IMG/VR virus record: IMGVR_UViG_2602041568_000003
Length of the DNA: 9,911 bases
Direction: 5' to 3' (one strand)
Source: a virus
Taxonomy: Duplodnaviria > Heunggongvirae > Uroviricota > Caudoviricetes
Shown one piece after another: positions 1-7,059 of this stretch. Each line of letters starts with the position of its first letter. Position 1 is the first letter of the stretch. The notes below the pieces were generated by a model. It was given only the letters and a program-made list of their open reading frames with translations, was not told the origin of the DNA and searched no databases. The translations under genes were made by a program, and so were the position numbers.

Positions 1-171
1 GAGCTTGATCAGTGGATGGAAAGCCGGATTTACCCGGCGATGACTGCGATCCCGGCACTGGCAGGACTGATTACCACGATGGTTACGCAGGGCTATGAGT
101 ATCGTCGTGATGACGATATGGCGTTATGGAGTTCTGCAGATCTGACTTATTCCATTACATACGAGATGTGA
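1..171 (+). CDS. U: Tail terminator protein U, C-terminal 56 codons (5'-truncated by window edge)
   Basis: Frame open from base 1 to TGA at 169-171; translation [56 protein letters not shown] matches my recollection of the lambda gpU C-terminus (ends ...ITYEM); sits immediately upstream of V as in lambda. Confidence 0.8.
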   Translation, partial: ELDQWMESRIYPAMTAIPALAGLITTMVTQGYEYRRDDDMALWSSADLTYSITYEM

Positions 172-178
172 GGACGAT

Positions 179-931
179 ATGGCAACACCAAATCCCCTTG
201 AGCCGGTAAAAGGTGCCGGTACCACTCTGTGGGTTTACAACGGCAAGGGTGATGCTTATGCAAACCCGTTGTCAGACGATGACTGGCAGCGACTGGCTAA
301 GGTGAAGGATCTGACGCCGGGCGAGATGACGGCAGAATCCTACGATGATAACTACCTGGATGATGAAGACGCGGACTGGACCGCGACCGGTCAGGGGCAG
401 AAATCTGCAGGTGATACCAGTTTTACGCTGGCCTGGAAACCGGGAGAGGAAGGCCAGAAAGGGCTTATAGGCTGGTTTGAAAGCGGCGATGTCCGGGCCT
501 ATAAAATCCGTTTTCCGAATGGCACGGTGGATGTGTTTCGTGGCTGGGTCAGCAGTATCGGTAAGGCCGTGACGGCGAAAGAAGTGATCACCCGCACGGT
601 GAAAGTCACTAACGTGGGTAAACCTTCTGTAGCGGAAGAACGCAGCAAAATTACGCCGGTCAGTGCGATTAAGGTGACGCCGACATCCGGTACGGTGGCA
701 AAAGGGAAAACAACCACCCTGACGGTTTCTTTTGAGCCGGAAAGTGCAACCGACAAGACGTTCAGAGCGGTTTCCGCCGATCCGTCGAAAGCCACCATTA
801 GTGTGAAAGATATGACAATTACGGTAAACGGCGTGGCGACAGGTAAGGTGCAGATCCCTGTGGTGAGCGGAAATGGTCAGTTCGCCGCAGTGGCTGAAGT
901 CACCGTTACTGAAGCGGGCGCTGCAGGGTAA
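179..931 (+). CDS. V: Major tail tube protein V (250 aa) with C-terminal Ig-like domain
   Basis: ORF 179-931; Shine-Dalgarno GAGGA 4-5 nt upstream of ATG; N-terminus ([66 protein letters not shown]) matches lambda gpV as I recall it; C-terminal ~90 aa are Thr/Val-rich beta-type sequence consistent with the Ig-like (Big_2) domain of gpV. Confidence 0.95.
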   Translation: MATPNPLEPVKGAGTTLWVYNGKGDAYANPLSDDDWQRLAKVKDLTPGEMTAESYDDNYLDDEDADWTATGQGQKSAGDTSFTLAWKPGEEGQKGLIGWFESGDVRAYKIRFPNGTVDVFRGWVSSIGKAVTAKEVITRTVKVTNVGKPSVAEERSKITPVSAIKVTPTSGTVAKGKTTTLTVSFEPESATDKTFRAVSADPSKATISVKDMTITVNGVATGKVQIPVVSGNGQFAAVAEVTVTEAGAAG

Positions 932-944
932 ACGGAGGTAATAC

Positions 945-1376
945 ATGTTTCTGAAAACAGAACAATTTGAATATAACGGTGTGTCTGTCACGCTTTCCGA
1001 ATTGTCTGCGCTGCAGCGTATCGAGCATCTTGCCCTCCTGAAACGGCGTGCAGAACAGGCAGAATCCTGCGGCAACCTGCAGGTAAGCGTGGAAGATCTC
1101 GTCAGAACAGGCGCATTTCTGGTGGCGATGTCCCTGTGGCATAACCATCCACAGAAAACGCAGTCACCGTCAATGAATGAGGCCGTGATGAAGATAGAGC
1201 AGGAAGTGCTCACCACCTGGCCTGCCGATGCCATTGCCCGGGCGGAAGACGTGGTGTTGTGCCTGTCCGGGATGATCGAAGCTGTTCGTCCGGATACTGA
1301 TATTACTGAAGTGGCGAAAAATAACACGCTGACTGATGATTATTTTTCTGCGGGAAAGTCTTCGACGGCGAGCTGA
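945..1376 (+). CDS. G: Tail assembly chaperone G (143 aa)
   Basis: ORF 945-1376 with strong SD GGAGG 6 nt upstream of ATG; position between V and H; ends 18 nt after a GGGAAAG slippery heptamer, as in lambda G. Confidence 0.93.
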   Translation: MFLKTEQFEYNGVSVTLSELSALQRIEHLALLKRRAEQAESCGNLQVSVEDLVRTGAFLVAMSLWHNHPQKTQSPSMNEAVMKIEQEVLTTWPADAIARAEDVVLCLSGMIEAVRPDTDITEVAKNNTLTDDYFSAGKSSTAS

Positions 1377-1816
1377 ACTTTGCCCTCAGACTGGCGCGTG
1401 AGATGGGGAGACCCGACTGGCGCGCCATGCTTGCCGGGATGACATCCACCGAATATGCCGACTGGCACCGTTTTTACCGCACGCATTATTTTCAGGATAC
1501 CCAGCTGGATATGCATTTTTCCGGGCTGACGTACGCTGTACTCAGCCTGTTTTTTTGCGATCCGGATATGCATCCCTCTGATTTCAGTCTGCTTGTCCCC
1601 CGGCATGAGGAAGAGCAGGTGGAGAGGCCGGATGAGGACAAAATGCTGATGCAGAAAGCGGCAGGACTTGCCGGAGGCGTCCGGTTCGGTGGGGACGGAG
1701 GGCGCGATATTTTATCGTCTGCGGATGTGGCGGATGTCATGGTGGATGATGCCGCATTAATGATGGCTTCAGCGGGGATTCCGGGAGGTGTGAGATATGT
1801 CCCAGCCGGTTGGTGA
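945..1816 (+). CDS. G-T: Tail assembly chaperone G-T fusion made by -1 programmed ribosomal frameshift (join 945..1357, 1357..1816)
   Basis: Slippery heptamer G_GGA_AAG at 1352-1358 in the G frame; the -1 frame opens immediately upstream (stop TGA at 1337-1339) and stays open to TGA at 1814-1816 (T segment, ORF-track 1403-1816). The T frame has no independent SD or start near its 5' end. The exact join coordinate is the standard model, not measured. Confidence 0.85.
1352..1358 (+). promoter_or_regulatory. -1 programmed frameshift slippery site GGGAAAG (G to G-T)
   Basis: Heptamer X_XXY_YYZ = G_GGA_AAG in the zero frame of G, 18 nt before the G stop; same heptamer and placement as the lambda G/GT site. 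Confidence 0.85.
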
Positions 1817-4370
1817 TCTTGTTATTGACCTGAGTCTGGATGCTGTCCGTTTCGATGAGCAGATGAGCCGGGTAAGGCGTCATTTTTCAGGTCTGGATAC
1901 CGACGCCAGAAAAACCGCCAGTGCTGTTGAACAGGGCCTGAGCCGCCAGGCGCTGGCTGCACAAAAAGCCGGGATTTCCGTCGGGCAGTATAAAGCGGCC
2001 ATGCGAACCCTGCCCGCACAGTTTACGGATATCGCCACGCAGCTTGCAGGTGGTCAGAATCCCTGGCTGATCCTGCTGCAACAGGGCGGTCAGGTGAAGG
2101 ACTCCTTCGGCGGGATGATCCCCATGTTCAGGGGGCTTGCCGGTGCGATCACCCTGCCGATGGTTGGGGTCACCTCGCTGGCGGTGGCGACAGGTGCGCT
2201 GGTGTACGCCTGGTACCAGGGAGATTCCACGCTTTCAGCGTTTAATAAAACCCTGGTTCTTTCCGGTAATCAGTCCGGACTGACTGCCGATCGTATGCTG
2301 ACTCTCTCAAGAGCCGGGCAGGCAGCAGGGCTGACGTTTAACCAGGCGAGAGAGTCACTGGCAGCCCTGGTGAATGCCGGTGTGCGTGGTGGTGAACAGT
2401 TTGATGCCATCAACCAGAGTGTCGCGCGTTTTGCGTCTGCATCCGGTGTGGAGGTGGATAAAGTCGCTGAAGCCTTCGGGAAGCTGACCACTGACCCGAC
2501 GTCGGGACTGATGGCGATGGCGCGCCAGTTCCGTAACGTGACGGCAGAGCAGATTGCGTATGTTGCACAGCTGCAGCGTTCCGGAGACGAGGCCGGGGCA
2601 TTGCAGGCGGCGAACGATATCGCCACGAAAGGCTTTGATGAGCAGACCCGTCGCCTGAAAGAAAACATGGGAACACTGGAGACCTGGGCGGATAAAACAG
2701 GGAAGGCATTCAAATCGATGTGGGATGCCATTCTGGATATCGGTCGTCCTGAATCCTCAGCGGATATGCTCGCCAGTGCGCAGAAGGCATTTGATGAGGC
2801 GGATAAAAAATGGCAGTGGTACCAGAGCCGGAGCCAGCGCCGGGGAAAGACCTCCTCTTTTCGTGCGAACCTTCAGGGGGCATGGGATGACCGGGAAAAT
2901 GCCCGTCTGGGTCTGGCAGCGGCCACGCTGCAGTCGGATATGGAAAAAGCCGGTGAACTGGCGGCAAGGGACCGGGCTGAGCGTGAGGCGTCACAGCTGA
3001 AGTATACCGGAGAGGCGCAGAAGGCGTATGAGCGCCTGCAGACGCCGCTGGATAAATATACCGCCCGTCAGAAAGAGCTGAATAAGGCCCTGAAAGACGG
3101 AAAAATCCTGCAGGCGGATTACAACACGCTGATGGCGTCGGCAAAAAAGGATTATGAATCGACGCTGAAAAAGCCGTCAGGTGTGAAGGTGTCTGCCGGT
3201 GAGCGCCAGGAAGACCGGGCGCATGCAGCCATGCTGGCGCTTGAAACCGAGCTCAGGACGCTGGAAAAACACAGCGGTGTGAATGAGAAAATCAGCCAGC
3301 AGCGCCGGGATTTATGGGAAGCGGAAAATCAGTATGTGGTCCTGAAAGAGGCCGCCACGAAACGGCAGTTATCTGAGCAGGAAAAATCCCTGCTGGCCCA
3401 TGAGAAAGAAACGCTGGAGTACAAACGCCAGCTTGCTGAGCTGGGCGACAAGATTGAACACCAGAAACGGCTGAATGAGCTGGCACAGCAGGCGGCGCGG
3501 TTTGAACAGCAGCAGAGCGCGAAGCAGGCGGCAATCAGCGCAAAAGCCCGCGGCCTCACTGACCGTCAGGCGCAGCGGGAGTCGGAAGAGCAGCGCCTTC
3601 GTGAGGTGTACGGTGATAATCCGGCTGCGCTGGCGAAGGCCACATCTGCACTGAAGAACACCTGGTCTGCGGAGGAGCAGCTTCGTGGAAGCTGGATGGC
3701 CGGGATGAAGTCCGGCTGGGGCGAGTGGGCGGAAAGTGCGACGGACAGTTTTTCGCAGGTTAAAAACGCGGCCACGCAGACCTTTGACGGTATTGCACAG
3801 AATATGGCAGCGATGCTGACCGGCAGCGAACAGAACTGGCGTGGTTTCACCCGTTCTGTGCTGTCCATGCTGACAGAGATTTTTCTGAAGCAGGCGATGG
3901 TGGGGATAGTCGGGAGTATCGGCAGCGCCATTGGCGGGGCTGTTGGTGGCGGCGCATCCGCGTCAGGCGGTACAGCCATTCAGGCTGCGGCGGCGAACTT
4001 CCATTTCGCGACCGGGGGATTTACGGGGACGGGGGGTAAATATGAACCTGCGGGGATTGTTCATCGCGGGGAGTTTGTCTTCACGAAGGAGGCGACCAGC
4101 CGGATTGGTGTCGGCAATCTGTACCGCCTGATGCGGGGCTATGCGGAAGGTGGTTATGTCGGCGGTGCCGGAAGTCCGGCGCAGATGCGGCGGGCGGAAG
4201 GCATTAATTTTAATCAGAACAATCACGTGGTGATTCAGAACGACGGCCCCAACGGGCGGGCAGGGCCGCAGCTGATGAAAGCGGTGTATGAGATGGCCCG
4301 CAAGGGGGCACAGGATGAACTCCGGCTGCAGTTGCGTGATGGCGGTATGTTATCAGGGAGCGGTGGATGA
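1797..4370 (+). CDS. H: Tail tape measure protein H (857 aa)
   Basis: ORF 1797-4370; SD GGGAGGTG 6 nt upstream; overlaps the end of T by 20 nt; long coiled-coil-rich central region (Q/A/E/K/R-rich) and Gly-rich C-terminus typical of tape measure proteins; size close to lambda gpH; stop overlaps the M start (ATGA). Confidence 0.95.
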   Translation: MSQPVGDLVIDLSLDAVRFDEQMSRVRRHFSGLDTDARKTASAVEQGLSRQALAAQKAGISVGQYKAAMRTLPAQFTDIATQLAGGQNPWLILLQQGGQVKDSFGGMIPMFRGLAGAITLPMVGVTSLAVATGALVYAWYQGDSTLSAFNKTLVLSGNQSGLTADRMLTLSRAGQAAGLTFNQARESLAALVNAGVRGGEQFDAINQSVARFASASGVEVDKVAEAFGKLTTDPTSGLMAMARQFRNVTAEQIAYVAQLQRSGDEAGALQAANDIATKGFDEQTRRLKENMGTLETWADKTGKAFKSMWDAILDIGRPESSADMLASAQKAFDEADKKWQWYQSRSQRRGKTSSFRANLQGAWDDRENARLGLAAATLQSDMEKAGELAARDRAEREASQLKYTGEAQKAYERLQTPLDKYTARQKELNKALKDGKILQADYNTLMASAKKDYESTLKKPSGVKVSAGERQEDRAHAAMLALETELRTLEKHSGVNEKISQQRRDLWEAENQYVVLKEAATKRQLSEQEKSLLAHEKETLEYKRQLAELGDKIEHQKRLNELAQQAARFEQQQSAKQAAISAKARGLTDRQAQRESEEQRLREVYGDNPAALAKATSALKNTWSAEEQLRGSWMAGMKSGWGEWAESATDSFSQVKNAATQTFDGIAQNMAAMLTGSEQNWRGFTRSVLSMLTEIFLKQAMVGIVGSIGSAIGGAVGGGASASGGTAIQAAAANFHFATGGFTGTGGKYEPAGIVHRGEFVFTKEATSRIGVGNLYRLMRGYAEGGYVGGAGSPAQMRRAEGINFNQNNHVVIQNDGPNGRAGPQLMKAVYEMARKGAQDELRLQLRDGGMLSGSGG

Positions 4371-4696
4371 AAACCTTTCGCTGGAAAGTGAAGCCGGATA
4401 TGGAGGTGAACTCGCAGCCATCGGTGCGTGAAGTGCGTTTTGGTGACGGGTACTCACAGCGTATGGCGGCAGGGCTGAATGCTGACCTGAAAACATACAG
4501 GGTGACGCTTTCCGTGACCCGGGAGGAGGCCCGGCATCTGGAAGCGTTCCTGGCAGAGCACGGTGGCTGGAAGGCATTTTTGTGGAAGCCACCCTATGCA
4601 TACCGGCAGATAAAGGTGACCTGTGCCGGGTGGTCTGCGCGGGTCGGGATGTTGCGTGTTGAGTTCAGCGCAGAGTTTGAACAGGTGGTGAACTGA
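4367..4696 (+). CDS. M: Tail tip protein M (109 aa)
   Basis: ORF 4367-4696; ATG overlaps the H stop (ATGA at 4367-4370); SD GGGAG upstream; position and size as lambda gpM. Confidence 0.93.
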   Translation: MKTFRWKVKPDMEVNSQPSVREVRFGDGYSQRMAAGLNADLKTYRVTLSVTREEARHLEAFLAEHGGWKAFLWKPPYAYRQIKVTCAGWSARVGMLRVEFSAEFEQVVN

Positions 4697-5394
4697 TGCA
4701 GGATATTCGAGAAGAAAGTCTGAACGAGTCGGTTAAGTCAGAGCAGTCACCGCGGGTGGTACTCTGGGAAATCGACCTGACGGTACAGGGTGGTGAGCGG
4801 TATTTTTTCTGTAATGAGCTGAATGAAAAAGGGGAGCCGGTCACCTGGCAGGGGCGTAAGTATGAGGCATACCCGATTGACGGCAGCGGCTTTGAGATGA
4901 ACGGCCGGGGCAGCAGTGCCAGACCGTCGCTGACGGTGTCCAATCTGTTCGGTCTGGTCACCGGGATGGCGGAAGACCTGCAGAGTCTGGTGGGGGCCAC
5001 GGTGGTCCGCCGCCGGGTGTATGCCCGTTTTCTGGATGCGGTGAATTTCGTTGCGGGCAATCCGGAGGCGGACCCGGAGCAGGAGCTGAGTGACCGCTGG
5101 GTGGTGGAGCAGATGTCGCAGCTGACAGCCATGACGGCCTCGTTTGTGCTGGCTACACCGACCGAGACGGACGGGGCGCTGTTTCCCGGTCGCATCATGC
5201 TGGCGAACACCTGTATGTGGGATTACCGGGGAGATGAATGCGGGTATAACGGTCCTGCGGTGGCGGATGAGTTCGACAACCCCACCACGGATATCCGTAA
5301 GGACAGATGCAGCAAGTGCATGCGCGGGTGTGAACTGCGCAGGAATGTCGGCAATTTTGGCGGTTTCCTTTCCATTAATAAACTTTCGCAGTAA
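4696..5394 (+). CDS. L: Tail tip protein L (232 aa)
   Basis: ORF 4696-5394; start overlaps the M stop (TGATG); SD AGGTGG upstream; C-terminal Cys cluster (CMWDYRGDECGY...CSKCMRGC) consistent with the metal-binding gpL family; size as lambda gpL. Confidence 0.93.
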   Translation: MQDIREESLNESVKSEQSPRVVLWEIDLTVQGGERYFFCNELNEKGEPVTWQGRKYEAYPIDGSGFEMNGRGSSARPSLTVSNLFGLVTGMAEDLQSLVGATVVRRRVYARFLDAVNFVAGNPEADPEQELSDRWVVEQMSQLTAMTASFVLATPTETDGALFPGRIMLANTCMWDYRGDECGYNGPAVADEFDNPTTDIRKDRCSKCMRGCELRRNVGNFGGFLSINKLSQ

Positions 5395-5445
5395 ATCCCG
5401 GTTTATGACACAGACTGAATCAGCGATTCTGGCGCATGCCCGGCG

Positions 5446-6138
5446 GTGTGCGCCTGCGGAGTCGTGATAAGCACGCCGGAGGGGGAGTGGTATATCCCTT
5501 GTGTGAATATTTCTGCAGAGCCGGAGGCGTATTTTCGTATCGCACCGGAAGACTGGCTGCGGGCAGAGATGCAGGGGGAGATTGTGGCACTGGTCCACAG
5601 TCATCCCGGTGGGCTGCCCTGGCTGAGCGAGGCTGACCGGCGGCTGCAGATAAAAAGCGCACTGCCCTGGTGGCTGGTCTGCCGGGGTGACATTCACAAA
5701 TTCCGCTGCGTGCCGCACCTGACGGGACGGCGCTTTGAGCACGGGGTGACGGACTGTTACACCCTGTTCCGGGATGCATACCATCTGGCGGGGACTGAAA
5801 TGCCGGATTTTCATCGCGAGGATGACTGGTGGCGCCACGGTCAGAACCTTTACCTGGACAATATGGCGGTCACCGGCTTTTACCGGGTGCCCCTGTCCTC
5901 TGCACAGGCGGGCGATATTCTGCTGTGCTGCTTTGGTGCTTCGGTACCGAACCATGCCGCCATTTACTGCGGCAACGGTGAGCTGCTTCACCATCTGCCT
6001 GAACAACTGAGTAAACGGGAGAGGTATTCCGAAAAATGGCAACGACGAACGCATTCTGTCTGGCGTCACCGCCACTGGCACGCATCTGCCTTCACGGGGA
6101 TTTGCAACGATTTGGCCGCCGCCTCAGCCTGTATGTGA
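5446..6138 (+). CDS. K: Tail tip assembly protein K (JAMM/MPN-like plus NlpC/P60-like); 5' boundary uncertain (GTG 5446 as drawn; alternative ATG 5405 is in another frame)
   Basis: ORF 5446-6138 contains the JAMM-type motif HSHPGGLPWLSEAD (HxHx7SxxD) near the N-terminus and a C-terminal region with conserved Cys/His typical of gpK; the 3' end overlaps I by 103 nt. The start is ambiguous: an ATG at 5405, 11 nt after the L stop, opens a 20-codon frame that stops at 5465-5467. Confidence 0.8.
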   Translation: MCACGVVISTPEGEWYIPCVNISAEPEAYFRIAPEDWLRAEMQGEIVALVHSHPGGLPWLSEADRRLQIKSALPWWLVCRGDIHKFRCVPHLTGRRFEHGVTDCYTLFRDAYHLAGTEMPDFHREDDWWRHGQNLYLDNMAVTGFYRVPLSSAQAGDILLCCFGASVPNHAAIYCGNGELLHHLPEQLSKRERYSEKWQRRTHSVWRHRHWHASAFTGICNDLAAASACM

Positions 6139-6716
6139 ACACGGCAGCGGAAGCCATTCGCGCCCTGTCGATGCAGATGCCGGGCTTTCGCCGTCAGATG
6201 AACGAAGGCTGGTACCAGATACGTATTGCCGGTGATGACACGGCACCGGAGGCGGTGTATGCCCGTCTTCACGAACAGCTGGGTGAGGGAACGGTCATCC
6301 ACATTGTGCCGCGACTGGCCGGGGCCGGAAAGGGTGGACTGCAGATTGTGCTGGGGGCGGCAGCCATCGTGGGCTCTTTCTTCACGGCCGGAGGCTCGAT
6401 GGCGTTATGGGGTACAGCCCTGAGTGCCGGTGGTTTTTCTGCCACCACGATGCTGTTTTCACTGGGTGCCAGCATGATACTGGGCGGAGTGGCCCAGATG
6501 CTGGCCCCGAAGGCAAAAACACCGGATTACCGCGCAACGGATAACGGCAGACAGAACACGTACTTTTCCTCGCTGGATAACATGATTGCCCAGGGGAACC
6601 CGATGCCGGTGCCTTACGGGGAAATGCTGGTTGGCTCCCGCCGTATATCCCAGGACATCAGCACCCGTGATGAAGGCGGGGGCGGAAAGGTCGTGGTTAT
6701 CGGGCGGCAGGGGTAA
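6036..6716 (+). CDS. I: Tail tip assembly protein I (226 aa)
   Basis: ORF 6036-6716; SD GGGAGAGG upstream; motifs ARICLYGDLQRFGRR-like (here ARICLHGDLQRFGRR), IHIVPR, QIVLGAAAI, MLAPKA, QNTYFSSLDNM and C-terminal VVVIGR match lambda gpI as I recall it. Confidence 0.92.
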   Translation: MATTNAFCLASPPLARICLHGDLQRFGRRLSLYVNTAAEAIRALSMQMPGFRRQMNEGWYQIRIAGDDTAPEAVYARLHEQLGEGTVIHIVPRLAGAGKGGLQIVLGAAAIVGSFFTAGGSMALWGTALSAGGFSATTMLFSLGASMILGGVAQMLAPKAKTPDYRATDNGRQNTYFSSLDNMIAQGNPMPVPYGEMLVGSRRISQDISTRDEGGGGKVVVIGRQG

Positions 6717-6721
6717 AAAGA

Positions 6722-6820
6722 ATAAAAAAATCCCGCAGTGATCGCGGACAGGAACTGCGGGAGAGTTACGAAGATTAAGTGTAAGGAATTATTCTTATAT
6801 CACGACAAAAAAATTAACGC
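6722..6820 (-). ncRNA. Candidate ~100-nt small RNA (promoter-to-terminator unit, no ORF)
   Basis: Bounded by the minus-strand promoter (-10 at 6832-6827) and the minus-strand terminator at 6762-6731 plus U-tail; the predicted transcript has no ATG and only GTG/TTG followed within 2-3 codons by stops; it contains an AAGAAUAAU tract and ends in a U-tail. Ends are predicted, not mapped. Confidence 0.35.
6731..6762 (-). terminator. Intrinsic (rho-independent) terminator, minus-strand orientation
   Basis: Perfect 9-bp stem (6731-6739 TCCCGCAGT with 6754-6762 ACTGCGGGA) and 14-nt loop; on the minus strand it is followed directly by a U-run (rc of 6717-6730 = TTTTTTTATTCTTT). On the + strand the stem is followed by GAGTTACG, so it is not a + strand terminator. 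Confidence 0.55.
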
Positions 6821-6826
6821 AGAGAA

Positions 6827-6854
6827 ATTATACGCGCCACAGTCAGTGTGTGAA
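6827..6854 (-). promoter_or_regulatory. Sigma70-like promoter, minus strand (-35 TTCACA / 16-bp spacer / -10 TATAAT)
   Basis: On the minus strand: TTCACA (rc of 6849-6854), 16-nt spacer, perfect TATAAT (rc of 6827-6832); predicted start near 6820; it sits in the only AT-rich stretch of the window. Confidence 0.5.
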
Positions 6855-6926
6855 AATGTGAAGATATTCAGAATTTTTATGCCATTACCGGTTTTAACCA
6901 ACAGGATTATCGGTGGGCATGAAAGA

Positions 6927-6956
6927 AAACCCCGGTATCTGCTGATACCGGGGTTT
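6927..6956. terminator. Strong bidirectional intrinsic terminator
   Basis: 13-bp stem (6927-6939 AAACCCCGGTATC with 6944-6956 GATACCGGGGTTT), 4-nt loop TGCT; + strand downstream TTTCTCTTT-type U-rich tail (CTCTTT after the stem), minus strand downstream UUUUCUUUC (rc of 6918-6926). Confidence 0.6.
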
Positions 6957-7059
6957 CTCTTTAGCATGGCAGAAATGTGTTTCATGCTTTTCGGGCGAAG
7001 GATATCCGACTTCTGTACGGAATGGCAAGTGGCGGTTAATTTATTCAGGGGAAGGCTGT

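Noticed and set aside
272-1327. 351-aa minus-strand ORF spanning V and G
   Set aside because: It is antisense to two well-supported tail genes and crosses their intergenic junction; the product is Cys/Arg/His-rich low-complexity with no SD or recognisable domain. This is the typical stop-poor antisense frame of GC-rich coding DNA.
2725-3000. 91-aa + strand ORF in an alternative frame inside H
   Set aside because: It is fully embedded in the tape measure gene in another frame, Arg-rich and without SD; an overlapping-frame artefact.
4747-6081. 444-aa minus-strand ORF antisense to L and K
   Set aside because: Same reasoning: Arg/Pro/His-rich nonsense composition, spans two sense genes, no translation signals. 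Long antisense ORFs are expected in high-GC, codon-biased phage genes.
6717-6762. Hairpin right after the I stop as a + strand terminator for the tail operon
   Set aside because: On the + strand the stem is preceded, not followed, by the A/T run (AAAGAATAAAAAAA then stem then GAGTTACG), so the U-tail is on the minus strand; it is oriented to terminate minus-strand transcription.
6761-6926. Possible + strand promoter or small gene inside the AT-rich insert
   Set aside because: Scanning the + strand found only weak -10-like hexamers (TATATC, TATACG, GATATT) without properly spaced -35 elements, and no SD-preceded ORF; the evidence is much weaker than for the minus-strand promoter.
6761-6926. 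tRNA or tmRNA-like integration target in the AT-rich spacer
   Set aside because: No T-loop consensus (GGTTCGAATCC-like), no cloverleaf-compatible stems and no CCA end; the composition is too AT-rich for a tRNA.
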